From an uncultured Vampirovibrionales bacterium (GTDB lineage: Bacteria; Cyanobacteriota; Vampirovibrionia; Vampirovibrionales; Vampirovibrionaceae), in NCBI GenBank assembly GCA_964390635.1, contig CAYMIG010000006.1:108995-172994 (forward strand): a stretch of DNA of 64,000 nucleotides, in the 5' to 3' direction. The translations under genes and the position numbers were made by a program. Shown in pieces: positions 28,627 through 37,064 of the stretch (position 1 is its first letter; each line of letters opens with the position of its first letter). The notes below the pieces were generated by a model, which was given only the letters and a program-made list of their open reading frames with translations, had not been told where the DNA came from and did no database searches.

Positions 28627-29496
28627 TCAAGACAGCAGCAGGGTAACGGCGTCCCCCGGTTTGGCCCCGGTTACATGGGCGGCGCTGGCCTGGCACTTGC
28701 TGATTTCCAAGGTGCCTCCGCTGGAGGGGATGACAAACAGGGGGGCATCCTCAAAGCCGCCCCCTTCGGTGTAAGAGAGGGCCAGGCGGCTGTGGAAGGG
28801 TTCCGCCGTGCCCAGGCCTACCCGCAGGTTTTGCCCGGGGGTCAGCCAGGATGAGGGAATGTTGGTGATCAGGTTTCCGAAAATATCGCTGTGCACAATT
28901 TGTCCCACCAGGGCGGTGCCGTCCGGGCCCGGACGGCGGGTGGGCTCATGCCAGTCCAGCATCTGGAACTCCCGGGTCACCGGGCCAATCAGGTTCAGGA
29001 AGTCGTCCAGGTAGCGCCGGCTGAGGGCGTTGGCCAGATAGGCCGCGGTGGGCGCATAGATATCCCGCCCGTGGAAGGTCTGGCTGGCCGGGTTGAAGAT
29101 GGACTGGTTCTCAATGCGGCGCACGTGCAGGTTTTTGCCGGCCCGCTGAAACACCGGGGTCAGCAGGCCGTTATCGGGGGCCACGAAGAACTGCCATCGA
29201 TCCGGCCAGATGGCCAGCAACTTGGCTTGCGCCGGATGGCCAACATTCGGGTCCACCACGCAGCAAAACACACTGTCGCGTGGAAAGTAAGGCACCGCGC
29301 TGCCCAGCACCCAGGCAGCATGCCAGATGTTGTGCCGATCGACGTCGTGCGAGAGATCCACAATGGAGACCGGCCCCTTCAAAATGCCGTGGATGACCCC
29401 CTTCATCACCCCCACAAAGCCGTCCCGCTGGCCAAAGTCGGTTAGCAGGGCAATGAGGGGCGTTTGTAACGAAGTGCCGAGTTGCGCAACATTCAT
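28627..29496 (-). CDS. SAM hydroxide adenosyltransferase (DUF62, chlorinase/fluorinase family)
   Basis: LLTDFG, VVDP, APDNGLL, TFHGRDI, D.FGNLITN. Confidence 0.9.
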   Translation of the reverse strand: MNVAQLGTSLQTPLIALLTDFGQRDGFVGVMKGVIHGILKGPVSIVDLSHDVDRHNIWHAAWVLGSAVPYFPRDSVFCCVVDPNVGHPAQAKLLAIWPDRWQFFVAPDNGLLTPVFQRAGKNLHVRRIENQSIFNPASQTFHGRDIYAPTAAYLANALSRRYLDDFLNLIGPVTREFQMLDWHEPTRRPGPDGTALVGQIVHSDIFGNLITNIPSSWLTPGQNLRVGLGTAEPFHSRLALSYTEGGGFEDAPLFVIPSSGGTLEISKCQASAAHVTGAKPGDAVTLLLS

Positions 29497-29601
29497 TTGA
29501 AACGGGCCCTTAAACGGTCTAAGATGGGGACTATCATAGAGGAAAAGCCCGCCGCTTCAAACCGGCAGTCCCGGGCGGGCGGGAGAGGTTAGACCCACCC
29601 C

Positions 29602-30570
29602 GTGAGCATCTCGCTGTACTACGGTGATGAGGAATACCTGCTGTCGCAGGAGGCCCGGCGCCTGCGACAATCCGTCATCAACCCCGAAATGGGCGGCCTG
29701 GGCTATAAGCTGCTGGAAAAGCCGGACATTGGCGAGGTGCTGGAGACCATTGGGGCGGTCACCTTCAACCTGGGCGGGAAAACCCTGATCGAAATCCGCG
29801 ATTTCGACTTCCTGCACAAGGCCGCCGACAGCAGCGCCGATGAAAAGCAGCTGGCCGAGCTGTGCGAGTTGCTGGCCCACCACGACGAAGGCAAGCATAT
29901 CTTCTTCTATAGCACCAAGGTGAACAAGACCGTGAAGTTCGCCAAGTGGCTGACTTCCGGCAAAAACGTGCCGCTGGATCTGAAAGAGTTCAAGCAGTTT
30001 CCCTTCTGGAAAACCGATGATGCCGTGCAGGCCGTGCTGCAGGAGTGCCGCAAGCAGGAAATCGCCATCCAGCCCCAGGCGGTGGCCATGCTGGTGGAAA
30101 ACCTGGGGGTGTCCATCCGCCCGGTGATGAGCGAGATTGAAAAACTGGCCGTCTTTGCCGGCAACCGCCCGGTGACCCCCGCCGATGTGCAGATCCTGTC
30201 CAGCCACAACGAAAACACCTTCCAGATGCTGGGCGACTGGCTGCATGACCGCGAGCGGGCGGAAGTCTTCGCCACGTTGGACGAATTGTTCCTGCGCCAG
30301 CACCCCATGCAGCTTTTTGGCCTGACCCAAAGCTGGCTGGGCGGCATCTTCCAGATGCGCTACTGGCAGCAAATGGGGTTTTCCGAGCAGGAAATCGCCG
30401 ATCGCACCAAAAAGCACCCCTTCAAGGTCAAAAAAGACCTGCAGGAGTTCGGGCGCATTCCCTTCCGCCGGCTGGAGCGGCTGAAGTCCATGGCCACCGA
30501 GCTGGAGTGGAAAATGAAAACCGGTGAGCTGGAAGGCCGTCTGGCCTTTGAAATGCTGATGGGAGCCTGA
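29602..30570 (+). CDS. holA: DNA polymerase III delta subunit
   Basis: LYYGDEEYL, SEIEKLA, HPFKVKK, KTG C-terminal motif. Confidence 0.85.
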   Translation: MSISLYYGDEEYLLSQEARRLRQSVINPEMGGLGYKLLEKPDIGEVLETIGAVTFNLGGKTLIEIRDFDFLHKAADSSADEKQLAELCELLAHHDEGKHIFFYSTKVNKTVKFAKWLTSGKNVPLDLKEFKQFPFWKTDDAVQAVLQECRKQEIAIQPQAVAMLVENLGVSIRPVMSEIEKLAVFAGNRPVTPADVQILSSHNENTFQMLGDWLHDRERAEVFATLDELFLRQHPMQLFGLTQSWLGGIFQMRYWQQMGFSEQEIADRTKKHPFKVKKDLQEFGRIPFRRLERLKSMATELEWKMKTGELEGRLAFEMLMGA

Positions 30571-30574
30571 ACGC

Positions 30575-31600
30575 ATGCACGCCGTTGCCCAAGCCGAGCG
30601 CCCGCTGGCCCACCGCTTTTTCAAGGAAGCCCTGGAAAACCAACGCTTGGCGCATGCCTACGTGTTAAAAGGGCGCGCCTACGGGGAAATGTATCGCCTG
30701 GCCCTGTGCATTGCCCAGGTGCTGAACTGCCAGAACCCCCCGTCTGCCGGCGAGGCATGCGGCGAGTGCACCGACTGCAAGTGGATTCTGAACAACTCGC
30801 ACCCGGCGGTCACCACCCTTTCCCGGCTGACCTACCAGGTGTCGGAAACCGGCGAGGATCTCGACCCCGAGGCCCTGGAAAAGCTGGCCAAAAAGGCCAC
30901 CACCCCCACTCAAATCAAGACCGAGCAGATTGAGCGCCTGCTGGCCCAGCTGGGGCTGTCCTCCAAGCACAAGCGGGTCATTATTTTTACCGACGCCGAG
31001 GAATTGCCGGCCAGCATGCCGTCCGATGTGGTGGCCCCCTACGAATGGCGCGCCCTAAAGGCCAACGAGGACAAGAGCTTTCACATTCGTCCCCTGGAGC
31101 GCAAGCTGTTCAACGCGGCCTCGGCCAACCGCTTCCTGAAAACCCTGGAAGAACCGTTGCCCAACACCCTGTTTTTCTTTATTGCCGAAACCGAGGAGCA
31201 GTTGCTGGAAACCATCGTCTCCCGCTGCCAGGTGATCCCCTATGCCTCGGCCTGCACGGCGGCCTATGGGGCGGTGCCGGATGTTTACCAGGCCTGGTTG
31301 GAGGGATTTATCCTGGGCTTTCGCCGGGGCATGCCGGATGTGTACCAGGCCGCCGGCGAGTTTGAGCAGTTTTTCGTGGCCGAACAAGGCCTCAGCCTGG
31401 AGCAGGCGCTGGAGCTTTTCCAGCTGTACCTGCGTTCCCGCTTTTTGTACGGCACCCCGGATGCCGCCGCCTTTGCCCGCTACCGGGCCGCCCAGTTGCC
31501 CCTGGATGAGGCCATCCGCATGCTGCGGGCCAAAACCAACGAGGCCCAGGTGCTGCTGGCACTGTTTCTGAACCTGCGCGAGCCGCTGGCCATGCTCTAG
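30575..31600 (+). CDS. holB: DNA polymerase III delta-prime subunit
   Basis: RLAHAY, CGECTDC zinc motif, ANRFLKTLEEP, LLETIVSRCQ. Confidence 0.85.
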   Translation: MHAVAQAERPLAHRFFKEALENQRLAHAYVLKGRAYGEMYRLALCIAQVLNCQNPPSAGEACGECTDCKWILNNSHPAVTTLSRLTYQVSETGEDLDPEALEKLAKKATTPTQIKTEQIERLLAQLGLSSKHKRVIIFTDAEELPASMPSDVVAPYEWRALKANEDKSFHIRPLERKLFNAASANRFLKTLEEPLPNTLFFFIAETEEQLLETIVSRCQVIPYASACTAAYGAVPDVYQAWLEGFILGFRRGMPDVYQAAGEFEQFFVAEQGLSLEQALELFQLYLRSRFLYGTPDAAAFARYRAAQLPLDEAIRMLRAKTNEAQVLLALFLNLREPLAML

Positions 31601-31837
31601 GCCGGTTCGCCCCTGCTTTTGCCGTTCCCGCGGGCCGGGCGGCCGGTTGTTTAAAAATCCTTCACAAAGCTGACACAAAAATCTGAATGTTTGTTTTTAT
31701 GCAAACACAGGGTGAGACCTAGGCTGGTAAACAACTTCAAAGAGAATGAACCCCGAAGAGGCTGGGTTAGACGGGGTTTTACTTAACGCTGGGTTGAACG
31801 ATCAGGGCACGATAGGGAACAATAAGGAGTACTGGGG

Positions 31838-32401
31838 ATGGAACGGAAACAGCAAAAGACTTCGATTATTCTGAAATACAACAAGCGCCGCTTTGACGGG
31901 GGCAGCGAGGTGGAGCAGATCCGCCAGATCGAATACAAGCAGGCGGTGGCTCAGCTGGACAAGCTGTACAATTCGCAACCGCAGCCCGAACTGGCGGGAA
32001 CCAGCGCGCTGGCCCCCCGGCTGAGCGCTCCCGCGGTGGCCCCGAGCCTGAACCCGGTGCTGCCGGCCAGCCAGCCCGTGGCCGAGCCGCTGCCCGAGCT
32101 GAACGAACTCAATCCGGTCAACGAACTGACCGCGCCGCCGCTGCCGGAGGAAACCCGCCACCAGAAACGCCTGAAGCGGGTGCAGGAAGCCCTGCTGATG
32201 GGGCCGCTGGAGCTGTGCGTGGGTATGGTCGGCATGCTGACCGCCCTGCTGGCCCTGCTGACCTTCAGCCGCATGAAAAACGAAAAGCTGGTGGGCCAAA
32301 GCAAAGCCATCTTCAAGGATTGCCTGAAGACCTTCAACAAGGGGCTTCTGGACACCGTCGCCGCACCGGTGAAAGCACTGAAAGCTGCGGTAAAACCTTA
32401 A
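31838..32401 (+). CDS. Hypothetical protein with Pro-rich middle and one TM
   Basis: AAGGAG SD, GC3-rich codons, hydrophobic segment near the C-terminus. Confidence 0.7.
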   Translation: MERKQQKTSIILKYNKRRFDGGSEVEQIRQIEYKQAVAQLDKLYNSQPQPELAGTSALAPRLSAPAVAPSLNPVLPASQPVAEPLPELNELNPVNELTAPPLPEETRHQKRLKRVQEALLMGPLELCVGMVGMLTALLALLTFSRMKNEKLVGQSKAIFKDCLKTFNKGLLDTVAAPVKALKAAVKP

Positions 32402-32744
32402 TCGTTCCTGATCTCAGCACCTGCTATCACCCGTCTTGCCCAAGGCGGGTGATACGTTTTTAAGGGGCTGTTTTGGGTGTAAATGCTTTGGCAGTGCGGT
32501 GTTCTGGAATGAGTGCCAGGGAGGCCCTTGACAGGAGCCTTTTCTGCCTGGGCTCTGCGGGGGAAGCCCTCCCCTGTGGGAGGGGTGGCCTGCTGCTTGT
32601 TTTTTAAATTTTTCACCCCCCCGGGTGATGTATCGAGGTGGGATGGATTATATATTGAAAATATAAGAGAAGTTTGAGCAGTACGAACTGACAGATTTTC
32701 CTGAGTAGTCAAGTTGTGTAGTCCAATGTAAGAGGGATAGAAGC

Positions 32745-32960
32745 ATGATTAAACAATTCGTGGCGCTGCAAGTTTGGATGGCCTCCCGCAAGAAGCGCGA
32801 AAAAGGTCAGTCACTGGCTGAATACGGCCTGATTCTGGCCCTGGTGGCGGTGTTCTGTATCGCGGCCCTGCAATTGCTGGGCGGCAGCATCACCACCATG
32901 TTGAACAACCTGTCCGGAGCCATCAACCAGGTGGCCGCCGGCCCCGGGATGGGCGGCTAG
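32745..32960 (+). CDS. Flp family type IVb pilin
   Basis: KKREKG|QSLAEYGLILALVAV prepilin motif. Confidence 0.9.
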   Translation: MIKQFVALQVWMASRKKREKGQSLAEYGLILALVAVFCIAALQLLGGSITTMLNNLSGAINQVAAGPGMGG

Positions 32961-32974
32961 ACCCCGATTTCCAG

Positions 32975-33008
32975 AAACACCAGGCGGGTTCGCCCTGCCT
33001 GGTGTTTT
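32975..33008 (+). terminator. Rho-independent terminator between the two pilin genes
   Basis: AAACACCAGGCGGG-TTCG-CCCTGCCTGGTGTTTT. Confidence 0.7.
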
Positions 33009-33036
33009 CGTGTCCGCGCCATCAGAGCCTGCTTGC

Positions 33037-33243
33037 ATGAAAACCCTTTCCCGCACCGTCCGCCATCGTTGCCCGGGGGTATCCCTGCCGGAATACGCCC
33101 TGATCCTGGCCTTGGTCACGGTCTTTTGCCTGGTGGCGCTCAGCTTTTTCGGTCAATCTTTCAGCAACTTCTTTTCAGCCGCCGCCAACGTGGTGACCAC
33201 CAACGTCAACCAGGCGGTGGGTTTTGGCATGGGCGGAGGCTGA
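33037..33243 (+). CDS. Second Flp-like pilin
   Basis: G|VSLPEYALILALVTVFC; ends GMGGG like the first pilin. Confidence 0.75.
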   Translation: MKTLSRTVRHRCPGVSLPEYALILALVTVFCLVALSFFGQSFSNFFSAAANVVTTNVNQAVGFGMGGG

Positions 33244-33298
33244 GCACCTGCGGGCCGGAGGCGCGTTATTTTGGGGGAAGCCATTTGTCTGCATCCGT

Positions 33299-33328
33299 TT
33301 GACAAGGGGTCCGCTTTGAAACTATGAT
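33299..33328 (+). promoter_or_regulatory. Sigma70 promoter of tRNA-Leu
   Basis: TTGACA-N18-TATGAT. Confidence 0.7.
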
Positions 33329-33346
33329 GATTGCACCCAAACCCGT

Positions 33347-33431
33347 GTCGGGGTGGCGGAACCGGTAGACGCGCACGTTTGAGGGGCGTGTGGAGCAATC
33401 CGTGGGGGTTCAAGTCCCCCCCTCGACACCA
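33347..33431 (+). tRNA. tRNA-Leu(GAG)
   Basis: GTCGGGG/CCTCGAC acceptor stem, CACGT-TTGAGGG-GCGTG anticodon arm, GGTTCAAGTCC, encoded CCA. Confidence 0.95.
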
Positions 33432-33473
33432 CTTTGGCCCAGGCAGGAACGTGGGGTGGGGCAAGCGCAGGCC

Positions 33474-33510
33474 AAAAAAAGACGACCGCATTGGAACGGG
33501 CCGTCTTTTT
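33474..33510. terminator. Bidirectional terminator
   Basis: AAAAAAAGACG...CGTCTTTTT between the convergent tRNA and ORF. Confidence 0.7.
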
Positions 33511-33534
33511 AAGTTGGGAATAGTGTTGTGGGCG

Positions 33535-33861
33535 CTAGTCCTTGGGGTTGCCTTGGCCAATCAGCAGCTTGTTCAGGGCAAAGGCGGCCACGTTGTTGCC
33601 ACTGGCGGCACCATTAATGGTGGTATGCGACACCTTGCCCTCGGCGTTCACCGTGCAGGTATAGGTGACCTGGGTGGTGGTGTGTGGACGGGGCGCGGTG
33701 AAAGTCAGCCCGCCATGGCGGCCAAAGGCAATCCCCGGATTCGTCTCGGTGCCATCTTTAATTTTGTCCAGTTTTGCCAGCGCCCGCTCATCCAGGTGGT
33801 CGGAACTTTTCCGGGCGCCAAACCGCGCGGCGGTCGCTGCAAAATAGGTGCTTCCAATCAT
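33535..33861 (-). CDS. Small hypothetical protein with AARFGA leader
   Basis: AAGGAG SD; no recognisable domain. Confidence 0.65.
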   Translation of the reverse strand: MIGSTYFAATAARFGARKSSDHLDERALAKLDKIKDGTETNPGIAFGRHGGLTFTAPRPHTTTQVTYTCTVNAEGKVSHTTINGAASGNNVAAFALNKLLIGQGNPKD

Positions 33862-34073
33862 GGGAATCTCCTTGTCAGGGGCTAATCGAAGGTGAAGGAG
33901 GGTGATGGGATCTTGCCTGCCCGGGGGATGCCCCAGGGTGTCAGGGAAGACTTCCTGAAAAACGCGGCTGAAGCTTTCAAATTGATCCCCGCAAAGGCGT
34001 GTTTTCTCAATTAAAGCTTGGCCTGGTTTGGCCGACAGTTTCCATGAGAAGACGTTGGTAGGAAGCGCACGGT

Positions 34074-35165
34074 ATGTCCACAGCCCACCCGCAGGCCCCG
34101 GCCTCGCCCGCCGGCATCTGGTTTTTCAGCCCCTGGCTGGATATGCTTTGCCTGGGGGGCTTGTCCATTGCGGCCTTCGTGCCTTTCCTCTTGCTGGGCG
34201 TGACGGGGGATGCCTCCGATGCCCTCATCAAGCTGACCGTGGCCGGCAACGTGCTGGTGAATTACCCGCACTACGCCGCCACCTATTACCGGGTGTACCC
34301 CAGACCGGATGAAGTGCGTAAATACCGATTTGAGGCGATTGTGGCCCCCGTTATCCTGGCCATATTGTGTACCTTTGGGGTGATATACCACCAAACATGG
34401 CTCCCTTGGCTGGTTCTGGCGTATATCAGTTATTCGGGCTGGCATTATTCCGGCCAGGCCTTTGGGGTGGCCATGATTTTTGCGGGCAAATCCGGCTTGC
34501 GGCTGAACGGCTGGGCCCGACGGGCTCTGGTGTGGCCCATCTACCTGGCCCTGTTTTACGCCCTGGCCTGGATGCATACCCCCGGCCACAAGCCCATGGC
34601 CATGTTTGGCATTACCCTGCCCGTGCTGGGCTGTCCGCCGGTGCTGACCCAGGCGCTGTTTGTGCTGGTGTGCCTGTCGCTGGCAGGCTATGGAGGGCTC
34701 ACGCTATTTGCCCGCAAGGTGTGGGGCAGGCCGGTGCCCTTTGCGGTGCACATGATTCTGGCCGCCCATCTGGTGTGGTTTGCCTTCAGCAGCCACCATC
34801 CGGCGTTTTGGGTGGTGGTGCCCTTTTTTCATTGCCTGCAATACCTGGTGGTGACCGTTTATTGCGATTACAAGGAGTGGCTGAAATCCGACGGGGAAGC
34901 TGTATCGGCCATGGCGTACCTGCGGAGCCGACAGTTTGGTCGATATTATCGCACCCAGGCCCTGGTGGGAGCCGCCCTGTTTTTGGGTGTGCCCATCCTG
35001 CTGACCCTGGTCGGCGCCGGCAGCTTTGGCCTGATGAGCGCGGTGATGACCTGCTTCCTCAACCTGCACCATTTCATCCTGGACGGGGCTATCTGGAAGC
35101 TGCGCAAGCCTGAGGTTTCCCGGGCCCTGCACCTTGAAAACCCCGGCGAACAAGCTGCCGCCTGA
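34074..35165 (+). CDS. His-motif polytopic membrane protein of unknown function
   Basis: About 9 TMs; PHYAAT, WHYSGQ, FHCLQY, HHFILDGAIWK. Confidence 0.75.
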   Translation: MSTAHPQAPASPAGIWFFSPWLDMLCLGGLSIAAFVPFLLLGVTGDASDALIKLTVAGNVLVNYPHYAATYYRVYPRPDEVRKYRFEAIVAPVILAILCTFGVIYHQTWLPWLVLAYISYSGWHYSGQAFGVAMIFAGKSGLRLNGWARRALVWPIYLALFYALAWMHTPGHKPMAMFGITLPVLGCPPVLTQALFVLVCLSLAGYGGLTLFARKVWGRPVPFAVHMILAAHLVWFAFSSHHPAFWVVVPFFHCLQYLVVTVYCDYKEWLKSDGEAVSAMAYLRSRQFGRYYRTQALVGAALFLGVPILLTLVGAGSFGLMSAVMTCFLNLHHFILDGAIWKLRKPEVSRALHLENPGEQAAA

Positions 35166-35172
35166 GCTTTGC

Positions 35173-36969
35173 CTAGCCCGCCCCTGCTGCCCCGGCGGCC
35201 TGAATTTGTCGCACCGCCGCCCGGATTTTCATTTCCAGCAGTGTTTCCCCCAGCTCCGCCGAGGCCAGGCCGGGGTTGCCGCTGACCCCCAGGGTGGCGA
35301 AGGTTTTACTGTCCCCTTTTTGACGCAGGGCCTTGCGGATGCCTTCCGGGTAGACCCGCCATAGTTCGGAGGTGTCCCGCATGCCGGCATGCTCGCCAAT
35401 GTCGGCGGGCGACTTGCCCGAAAGCAGCAGGCGGGCGTTTTGCCCGTTCTTGTAGTAATAATCACCCACCTGCATCACCAGTACGCCGTCTTGGCGCCAT
35501 TCGCGGCTCAACTTCTCGGCTACTTTGGCCTGGGCGGCCTGGCTCCAGCCATGATCGCCCACAAAGCAGATTTTTTTGAACCCATGCTGTTTCAGGCTGC
35601 GGGCGGCGGCTTCCAGGATTGCTTCAAACGCGGGCTCCGGCAGGCTAATGCTGCCTGAAAAACGCATGTGGCTGCTGGGAGGCTCGATTTCGCCGGCGGG
35701 AGAATAGGGAATGACCGGGGCCACCAGCGTGTGGCCGTTCAGTTCGGCGATGCGGCGGGCGGTATAGCGCACCACATAGTTGTGCTTGCCCAGCACCATA
35801 TGGGGGCCGTTCTGCTCCAGGCCCCCGGTGGGCACAATCACCGTGGTATCGCCCTGGGCAATGCGCCCTTTAACCTCCGGCGAGGTCAGCTCCTCCATCA
35901 TCACGCTGCGGGGGTCGTATTTCACCACCGGCCCGGTGCACATCCAGGCCAGCCCGGCGGTAAACATCAGCAAAATCGCCACCGGCACCGGGTCAATCGT
36001 TTTCAGCTGGGCCCAAATCCTGGCGAAGGGCCTCAGGTACAGGGTGGCCACGGAGTGGTAGGCTTTGTGCTCCCCCTCCCGGTTCAGGCCGAATTCCAGG
36101 TGCTCCCGCCCCTGGGGCACGTACAGCGTGCCGAACATGCGGTCCCAGAAGGCAAAGATGAAGCCCATGTTCTTGTCGAAGTGGCGGGGATCGGTGCTGT
36201 GGTGAATCTGGTGCTGGGCGGGGCTGATGAACACCTGGTCGGCCACCGGCCCGTAATCCACCCAAATGTGGGAATGGCGCAGGTTGTAGCCCACAAAGTA
36301 GAAGGCAAACAAGAGCAGGTTCAGGTTGAATACCGAAATCATCCCGAAAGGCCCGGCCACCAGGGATTGAAAGATGCCATCCACCAGCCCGGTCACGGTC
36401 ATGCTGAAAGCCAGGGCCAGCAGGTCGTCAAAGGGATGCATGCGGTACACCGTGATGGGAGTCAGCACCTCGGCAGAGTGGTGGGCCTTGTGAAACTCCC
36501 ACATCCACGGAATGCGGTGCTGCAGATAGTGGGCGTAAAATACCGCAAAGTCCCCCACCAGGGCCAGGCACACGGTGTACAGCAGGCTCACGGCAATGGG
36601 GCTGGGGGCAAACACTTCCGGCACCTTCCACAGCAGGCACAAATCCTGCACCGCGCTGGAGATGACCGGCGAAATGGCGGCGGTCAGGGGAAAAATGACC
36701 AGAAACAGCACCAGGCTGTTGAGGATGAAATACTGATAGTCCACCCAGGCCGAGGGATGGCCATACACCGAGCCTGGAAAGGCATAGGAAAAAAATCCGC
36801 CCAGGCTGAGCGGCTTGGCCCGGGGCATGCGCAGGTAAGCCACCAGGGCAATCACCAGCGCCGAGCCCAGGTAAAGCCAGAAAATCCGCTCGCCTCCCAG
36901 CAGCGGAAACAGAAACGGCCTGAAAGCCGCCTCCACCAGGGTTTTTATGCCTTCCACGGTTTCAAGCAT
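35173..36969 (-). CDS. Fatty acid hydroxylase/sterol desaturase fused to a creatininase-family domain
   Basis: HYLQH, FHKAHHS, HSH, HQIHHS boxes, then a TM, then VPTGGLEQNGPH, GDHG, EHAG..DTSE, GVSGNP. Confidence 0.85.
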   Translation of the reverse strand: MLETVEGIKTLVEAAFRPFLFPLLGGERIFWLYLGSALVIALVAYLRMPRAKPLSLGGFFSYAFPGSVYGHPSAWVDYQYFILNSLVLFLVIFPLTAAISPVISSAVQDLCLLWKVPEVFAPSPIAVSLLYTVCLALVGDFAVFYAHYLQHRIPWMWEFHKAHHSAEVLTPITVYRMHPFDDLLALAFSMTVTGLVDGIFQSLVAGPFGMISVFNLNLLLFAFYFVGYNLRHSHIWVDYGPVADQVFISPAQHQIHHSTDPRHFDKNMGFIFAFWDRMFGTLYVPQGREHLEFGLNREGEHKAYHSVATLYLRPFARIWAQLKTIDPVPVAILLMFTAGLAWMCTGPVVKYDPRSVMMEELTSPEVKGRIAQGDTTVIVPTGGLEQNGPHMVLGKHNYVVRYTARRIAELNGHTLVAPVIPYSPAGEIEPPSSHMRFSGSISLPEPAFEAILEAAARSLKQHGFKKICFVGDHGWSQAAQAKVAEKLSREWRQDGVLVMQVGDYYYKNGQNARLLLSGKSPADIGEHAGMRDTSELWRVYPEGIRKALRQKGDSKTFATLGVSGNPGLASAELGETLLEMKIRAAVRQIQAAGAAGAG

Positions 36970-37064
36970 CCAGCCGGGCCCGCCTGTTGCTTACGTTGCT
37001 CTGGGGTGCGATAACCCGATTCTACCGTTTTTTTGTGGCGGGCGCCTTCTGCATCCGGAGGATG

